Virus record (IMG/VR): IMGVR_UViG_3300025151_000022
Coordinates: 1-64,000 of that record
Source: a virus
Length of the DNA: 64,000 nt
Reading direction: 5' to 3' (one strand)
Both the position numbers and the translations under genes were made by a program. A model generated the notes under the pieces. The model worked only from the letters and a program-made list of their open reading frames with translations, did no database searches and was not told where the DNA came from. Of this stretch, positions 58,646 through 64,000 are shown piece after piece (within the stretch, counting starts at the first letter, position 1; each line of letters starts with the position of its first letter).

Positions 58646-59379
58646 TTATTCTCATCCTCCTGAGTATTTTTATTTCCACGAGCATCGTAATCATAACCAG
58701 AGATAGAATATTGGCAATTATCACCAGGATATTCTGCTGGAGTTTGACCTTCATATTCAACAATCAATGGTTCTCCATCAGTTCTTGCTGCATGGATGAC
58801 ATAATAACAATCAATTTTCGTTGCATTTCCGGATTTAATAATAATTTTTTGCCCCCACTCAATTTTATCTACAATTAAATCTTGAGATGTTCCTATTTGA
58901 GTTAAAGAAACTGTGATCGTCTCAGGATCAATCAAACCATTCCAGTATTCTGGAAGATTAATAACATTTGAATTAGTAAGTCTACCTCTATAAAATACAC
59001 CTGCTTCTGGTCCTTCAAGACAAATATGGCGAAGTCTATAATTTTCTTTATTGGGATGTTTAATATCAAATCCTTTCCAAGATTGCGGATTAATCGTTCC
59101 TTGGAAAGTTCCAGTAAAATTTCCTCCTTGAAAACGAGGTGCTTGAATTAAAGTTGCAGAACGAATATTACCTTGTGCAATAATTCCTTCATCAGCTTGA
59201 ATATTACCAATTCTCATGTTGTAATGTAACCAAGGTTGACATGCATCTTTTGGGTAATCATCATCCTCTGTGATTCCTTTTACAGGATAATCATATCTGG
59301 TAGACAATCTACCAAATGTTGATTGATCTCCGCAGTGAGAGGTATTTGAATTTTTTGGAATAAATTTTCCTGCTGTCAT
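58642..59379 (-). CDS. Tail/baseplate protein with FDIxHP-LRH-EGP domain
   Basis: FDIKHP...LRHICLEGPEAGVFYRG...LPEYW; paralogue of the next gene. Confidence 0.75.
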   Translation of the reverse strand: MTAGKFIPKNSNTSHCGDQSTFGRLSTRYDYPVKGITEDDDYPKDACQPWLHYNMRIGNIQADEGIIAQGNIRSATLIQAPRFQGGNFTGTFQGTINPQSWKGFDIKHPNKENYRLRHICLEGPEAGVFYRGRLTNSNVINLPEYWNGLIDPETITVSLTQIGTSQDLIVDKIEWGQKIIIKSGNATKIDCYYVIHAARTDGEPLIVEYEGQTPAEYPGDNCQYSISGYDYDARGNKNTQEDENK

Positions 59380-59380
59380 T

Positions 59381-60166
59381 TTACTTTACGTCGTAGTGGT
59401 AACCTGAAATAGAATACTGATTATTATCACCAGGATAATCTCCAGGACTTCTACCTTCATATTCTGGAATGAGTCTTTCTCCATCTGCTCTAGTTCCAAA
59501 TACATGGAAATAGCAATTAATGGGCATTCCACCATGAGATTGTAAATGTATTTTATTATCCACAATCCTTTTCACAATTACATTTTGATGGGCTCCGATT
59601 GGAGTTAGATTGACTGTAATTGTTGATGGATCAACTAATTTTTTCCAATATTCTGGAAGTAATATTTCAGTTTTATTTAACACCTTCCCTCTATAATAAA
59701 CGTCATTACTTGGTCCTTCTGGGCAAGTATGTCGAAGTCTATATCCTTCTTTTGTTGGATGAGGAATATCAAAATTCTTTTTAGCAGAAAGAATATGTCC
59801 ACCGCATCGAGACATAACTTCTCCCTGAGCAATAACATTCCCACCACAACCTATGTTCTGTGCAGCATCTAGAGGTCCTAAGAATCCGGCAGCACCTGAA
59901 ACGGCAAGAGAGTAAGGATTATTCACTCCACTGCATAGTCCACCAGGGATCAAGGGAGGTTTTACATCAGGATCTGCATTAGATAATGGACCAATATTTA
60001 CAGTTGCATATGCAGTTGGAAATTCCGTTGGAGCACCAAAAACAACAGGACCTTCAGCAAAAGCAGATCCATTGATCTTCCTATCACCCTCCCCTATAGC
60101 AGGAACAATACCAGTTCCTACTTTTAGTTGTCCTCCTACATTTGCATCGTCTAAATTAAAAGACAT
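59381..60166 (-). CDS. Tail/baseplate protein with FDIxHP-LRH-EGP domain
   Basis: FDIPHP...LRHTCPEGPSNDVYYRG...LPEYW. Confidence 0.75.
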   Translation of the reverse strand: MSFNLDDANVGGQLKVGTGIVPAIGEGDRKINGSAFAEGPVVFGAPTEFPTAYATVNIGPLSNADPDVKPPLIPGGLCSGVNNPYSLAVSGAAGFLGPLDAAQNIGCGGNVIAQGEVMSRCGGHILSAKKNFDIPHPTKEGYRLRHTCPEGPSNDVYYRGKVLNKTEILLPEYWKKLVDPSTITVNLTPIGAHQNVIVKRIVDNKIHLQSHGGMPINCYFHVFGTRADGERLIPEYEGRSPGDYPGDNNQYSISGYHYDVK

Positions 60167-60176
60167 TTGTTACTCC

Positions 60177-60824
60177 TTATACTTTGACACATTCTTGTTG
60201 GAATTTTTTTCCTCCAACTTTTGAATCTTTTTTACCGCAGGCATCACTAATTCCACGAATCATAGATCCATAAATTTTTAATACACTATTAGCACAAATT
60301 TCACATGTTCCTGGAGATGCAATTTTAATAAAACTTTTAGCATTAATCAGAACTTTTTTAGCATCTAAGTAAAAATTTTCTGTTGCCGTCATTTTTATAT
60401 TGCCTTGACTTCCATCAGAACCTCTAGCAACGAACTCAATATCGTCCGCTTCCATTCTAATTTTGCCATTAGTCGCTACAATAACGATATTACCATTCTT
60501 TGCATTTAATATCAAGCTGTCTTGACTTTGCTCATTAGCACTTCCACACTCTACTTGAAAATTTCCAGGAGCAATAGATGATGTCCATCCTTTTCTTTGT
60601 CCATCTTCATCCAGACAAATAGAATGTTCTCCATCAAATCCTTGTAAGAGAACAGATGATGTTACATCACCTTCTTTATGAATATGACCAAAAGAAATAG
60701 ATCCATGATTATTTCCATATCTTACAGCATCATAATTTGTCTTTGCCGTATCTGTTGGATTTTTTGATGGATTAGCTCTAGGTATTCTGTCAAGCGACTT
60801 CGAACTATTTGCAGAGATTGGCAT
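60177..60824 (-). CDS. Baseplate spike (gp5 C-terminal-like beta-helix) protein
   Basis: Short beta-strand repeats (LNAKNGNIVIVATNGKIRMEADDIEF...GNIKMTA). Confidence 0.6.
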   Translation of the reverse strand: MPISANSSKSLDRIPRANPSKNPTDTAKTNYDAVRYGNNHGSISFGHIHKEGDVTSSVLLQGFDGEHSICLDEDGQRKGWTSSIAPGNFQVECGSANEQSQDSLILNAKNGNIVIVATNGKIRMEADDIEFVARGSDGSQGNIKMTATENFYLDAKKVLINAKSFIKIASPGTCEICANSVLKIYGSMIRGISDACGKKDSKVGGKKFQQECVKV

Positions 60825-60861
60825 CTAGTTATATTATTTGTGTAGTAACTATTTAACGACT

Positions 60862-63800
60862 TTATGTAAGATTCTCTGGAGTACCTGGAATATTGAGGCG
60901 AGGATCGTTGCTTTGAATGTTCGTACCCTGCCTCTGAATTGCTGATGGTTTCGTAGTAACAACTCCATCGATGCTTTCTTGTAAAGTGTCATAGACCTGA
61001 ACAAGATCTCCTGGAGTTTCATAATAACCAGCATAACGTATTCCATCTTTGTAAAATACTGCGCCATAGTATGGTCTTCCCTCAACATAACCAGTCTGCT
61101 CAAGACCAACCAAATCAGTGACCTGAATCAACTTCTCTGGTTCAGCAATTGGATCGCGAATGACTTCGAATTGTGGTCTGAATCTAGCATTTACTCCTGT
61201 ATCAGAAACCATTGTAATTTCTGGATATTGTGTAAATCCAAATCCACCATCCAAAACTTTTACTTTTCTTATTTTACCGAAGGGGTCACACTCATAATCA
61301 AGAATAGCACCATTACTAGGAGTAATTTGAAGTTGATCTACACCACAATTATAGTTGATTCCTGGATTTTCAACTTCAATGCTTCTTAATTTTAATGCAA
61401 CTGGATAACCTTCTCCTGGCGGCGCAACATATCCATTTCCTGGATCATCAACATCCACTCTACAGACAATACCTTGTCCCCTAACTTCTTTTGGACATGG
61501 TGGTGGTATAAGTATTGCAGAAATACCCATTGGATTTAACTTCCATGATTGAGTGCCATCAGAAACTTTGACATCTGTTGTAATCTTACATGCTACATTC
61601 GTAGGATTTGTTGCAAAAGGTCCCCGCTGTTCACCCTGATTAAACAGTTCAATTTCAACTGTTTTCTTTCCAATATTTGAAGTGAACTCTCTAGTAACAA
61701 TACCTTCAAATGTTTTTGCCACTGCAACTTCTATACCATCAACAAAAACTTTCGCTACATCATCACCTTCCACTTGAATTTGATATTTACCTAGAGTAGG
61801 AAAGTCAACATTAGTCCACTTCATACGCCAAGTTTTTCCTTGGAAATTTGCCAAGTAATCTTCATCATTTTTATATGCTGGAGTAATAAAAGGTCCCAAT
61901 CTACCTTTCAGATAAGTTGATAATCTTGGACCGCTATAAGTAACTCCATTCCTGGTAGCACCACCAGCAGTTCCTCCTTTTAATTTTGTATCTCCATCAA
62001 CTATAAATTTACAAGTTGCTTTATTTGCTCCTTGTTTGAAATCAAAAAATCTTCCCTTGCTTGCTGCACAAGTTAAATCTGACCAATCATTATCTCCTGC
62101 CTCTTCTGTTTGAAGAACTCCTCCGCGAGTTCTCAATCTAACTCCTGACTTACTCTCTGGACTAAAGACTTCGACCGTATATACTCTTCCAGCTTCAACT
62201 TCCTTTGTAACACTAGACCTTATCTGAGATCCTCCATATGATTTACCAACGTCCAATCCAATATCAGGTATTCTAATTCTATTAGAATACTTTGCGGAAC
62301 TATTAATATTGAAATTAACATTGGTTCTGCTAATTGAAGTTTTAGCTGCTGTTGCCCATTTTGCTGTATCAAAAACAACTCCTCTAACAGTTTTTGTTAT
62401 CTCCTGAGAATAGTTTTCAAGTTGAACTTCAATAGTATGCCTTCCTTCAGAAAGGAATATTTTTTTGGTATTAGGATTTTCAGTTTTAAATCCCTGTAAT
62501 GATTTTCCTCCAAATTTTGCTCCAGAGAAATACCCACCTATTAATTGTTCTTTTCCGTCTATAAGTATTCTTCCAGCATTATCAACCGTTCCTTGAAGCC
62601 CATAGAAACCTTCATATGGGATTTCAATATCCCATCTATTACTATAAACAACCCCACCATTATCTGTTCCTTTTGTTGCAAGAGGAGGAACAGGAGAAAT
62701 AGCATATCTATCTTGAAACTTACCCCACCTACCAAGAGTATCTACAACTGGCCACCATCTTGATGATGCTCCAGGAAATCTAGTTGTCCAAATTGGATTA
62801 TTTGGACATCTTCCTTCCTGTTGAGGAATGGGTTCTTGAGGAATTGGTGGAAGGGGTGCATCAATCGTGAGAGCAACTCCCATCGGATTTACCGTCCAAG
62901 ACTTAGGAGAAACTACTACTGTGTCTACATTCTCAGTAGAGATATTGATTGCAACGCCCATAGGGTTTCCATCAGATAATCCTTTACCTGGTTTTTGTTG
63001 TAATTCAACTCTAATTCTATAACTACCTTTTTTAAAGTATCTCGTATAAGAACTTTTACCAGTGCTTTTTCCTGGACCACTAAATCCTATCTTTGTAATT
63101 ATTGTTTCATCTCCACCCCTAGTAACACTTCTCAATCCATTTCCAATTTCTTTTCTTCCTCCTCCAGATCTATTTCCAATAAAAATTTTCGCATTATCAT
63201 CAGCCATTACTTCAATAATATAGTTTCCATCAATCGGGAAATCAACTTTTTCCCATCTAATCAGATGAGTGCCAGCAAAAGAATCTGATGTTTTGTTTGG
63301 GTAGTTAGTTTTTTGTGCTCTACTAGTTGGAACTCTTACTGCTTTAGTGCTCAAAATTTCTAGTAGACCATTTTGATCAAATCCATTGTTAATATCATCA
63401 TCAAATCCAATACTCCTAGAATCAATACTTTTGAATCCGCTAGTTGGACTTCCACCAATAACTTTTATATCATAAGTTTTACCTGCAGTAAAAACACCAC
63501 TACCATAAATGGTTTCTCTTTTTTTACCACTCAAATAAGTGCCTCTACCAGCTTGTCGAGTTTTAATATCTCTTTTAAGTGTTACTTGATCAGTATCTGT
63601 ATCGATAATAACTTCTTTTGCAAATACTCCTGAAGTTCTAAGGTTGTCATTAACTTTTAATTTAAAATTAACTTTGACTTGTCCAGTACCTGTAACCTTT
63701 AATTTTAAATTTCTTCCATCACTTACAAGTTTTACTTGGGGTTTTTCTAATCTTGTATTAGAAGCAGGAACGTCTTGTATTACTTCTTTTCCTGGATCAA

Positions 63801-64000
63801 AAGGAAGAACACCAAATCGATTCAAGAAGTCAGACCCTCTTCTTGAACCTGGATTCATTTTCCAGAGTCTTCTATCCGCCTTATCAATAGAATCTAAGGT
63901 ATTAAAGATATTTTGAGAACCATCTGTTCCTTTTACTGTTTCTTTAATAGGAACATTAAGTAAATCTAATCTGATTTTATGAACACCAGATTTCATAAAT
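60862..64000 (-). CDS. Large baseplate-hub-associated protein with PA14-like repeats; probably 5'-truncated by the window edge
   Basis: Repeated G.Y.I....DD.A...IDG/VDG modules and NPMG(V/I) motifs; V..PG.GY repeats at the C-terminus; the frame is still open upstream of the ATG at 63996. Confidence 0.72.
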   Translation of the reverse strand, partial: FMKSGVHKIRLDLLNVPIKETVKGTDGSQNIFNTLDSIDKADRRLWKMNPGSRRGSDFLNRFGVLPFDPGKEVIQDVPASNTRLEKPQVKLVSDGRNLKLKVTGTGQVKVNFKLKVNDNLRTSGVFAKEVIIDTDTDQVTLKRDIKTRQAGRGTYLSGKKRETIYGSGVFTAGKTYDIKVIGGSPTSGFKSIDSRSIGFDDDINNGFDQNGLLEILSTKAVRVPTSRAQKTNYPNKTSDSFAGTHLIRWEKVDFPIDGNYIIEVMADDNAKIFIGNRSGGGRKEIGNGLRSVTRGGDETIITKIGFSGPGKSTGKSSYTRYFKKGSYRIRVELQQKPGKGLSDGNPMGVAINISTENVDTVVVSPKSWTVNPMGVALTIDAPLPPIPQEPIPQQEGRCPNNPIWTTRFPGASSRWWPVVDTLGRWGKFQDRYAISPVPPLATKGTDNGGVVYSNRWDIEIPYEGFYGLQGTVDNAGRILIDGKEQLIGGYFSGAKFGGKSLQGFKTENPNTKKIFLSEGRHTIEVQLENYSQEITKTVRGVVFDTAKWATAAKTSISRTNVNFNINSSAKYSNRIRIPDIGLDVGKSYGGSQIRSSVTKEVEAGRVYTVEVFSPESKSGVRLRTRGGVLQTEEAGDNDWSDLTCAASKGRFFDFKQGANKATCKFIVDGDTKLKGGTAGGATRNGVTYSGPRLSTYLKGRLGPFITPAYKNDEDYLANFQGKTWRMKWTNVDFPTLGKYQIQVEGDDVAKVFVDGIEVAVAKTFEGIVTREFTSNIGKKTVEIELFNQGEQRGPFATNPTNVACKITTDVKVSDGTQSWKLNPMGISAILIPPPCPKEVRGQGIVCRVDVDDPGNGYVAPPGEGYPVALKLRSIEVENPGINYNCGVDQLQITPSNGAILDYECDPFGKIRKVKVLDGGFGFTQYPEITMVSDTGVNARFRPQFEVIRDPIAEPEKLIQVTDLVGLEQTGYVEGRPYYGAVFYKDGIRYAGYYETPGDLVQVYDTLQESIDGVVTTKPSAIQRQGTNIQSNDPRLNIPGTPENLT

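Noticed and set aside
120-63916. All plus-strand ORFs and nested minus-strand alternative-frame ORFs (e.g. 1556-1861, 60849-61109)
   Set aside because: Short, antisense to or nested in well-supported genes, with no motifs or RBS support
1-64000. Photosynthesis or other classic auxiliary metabolic genes (psbA, hli, petE)
   Set aside because: None recognised; the cupredoxin-like motifs are domains within structural proteins, not free plastocyanin

Overview
64 kb of an AT-rich, T4-like (Kyanoviridae-type) marine cyanophage genome. The taxon is inferred from T4-type TAAATA late promoters, typical cyanomyophage small genes, 2OG-Fe(II) oxygenases and tRNA-Leu(UAA)/tRNA-Thr(UGU). Every credible gene is on the minus strand, so transcription runs right to left. 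(1) 57.6-64 kb: baseplate/spike-like genes. (2) 55.1-57.6 kb: two tRNAs, a Mom-like DNA-modification enzyme and small genes. (3) 12-55 kb: a very large set of tail-fibre and virion-decoration genes (Gly-X-Gln collagen fibre, beta-propellers, Calx-beta/Ig/PKD, cupredoxin-like domains, a circularly permuted MAM domain), interrupted by a glycosyltransferase/hydroxylase cassette. (4) 8-12 kb: a GH-like propeller, a TPR-FkbM-oxygenase fusion and a radical SAM/SPASM enzyme. (5) 0-7.5 kb: small early/middle-type genes divided into modules by five copies of a 22-bp promoter-like repeat; one module holds a candidate sRNA plus a nuclease-methyltransferase pair next to an SF2 helicase. All product calls come from motif recognition by eye; no database search was run.
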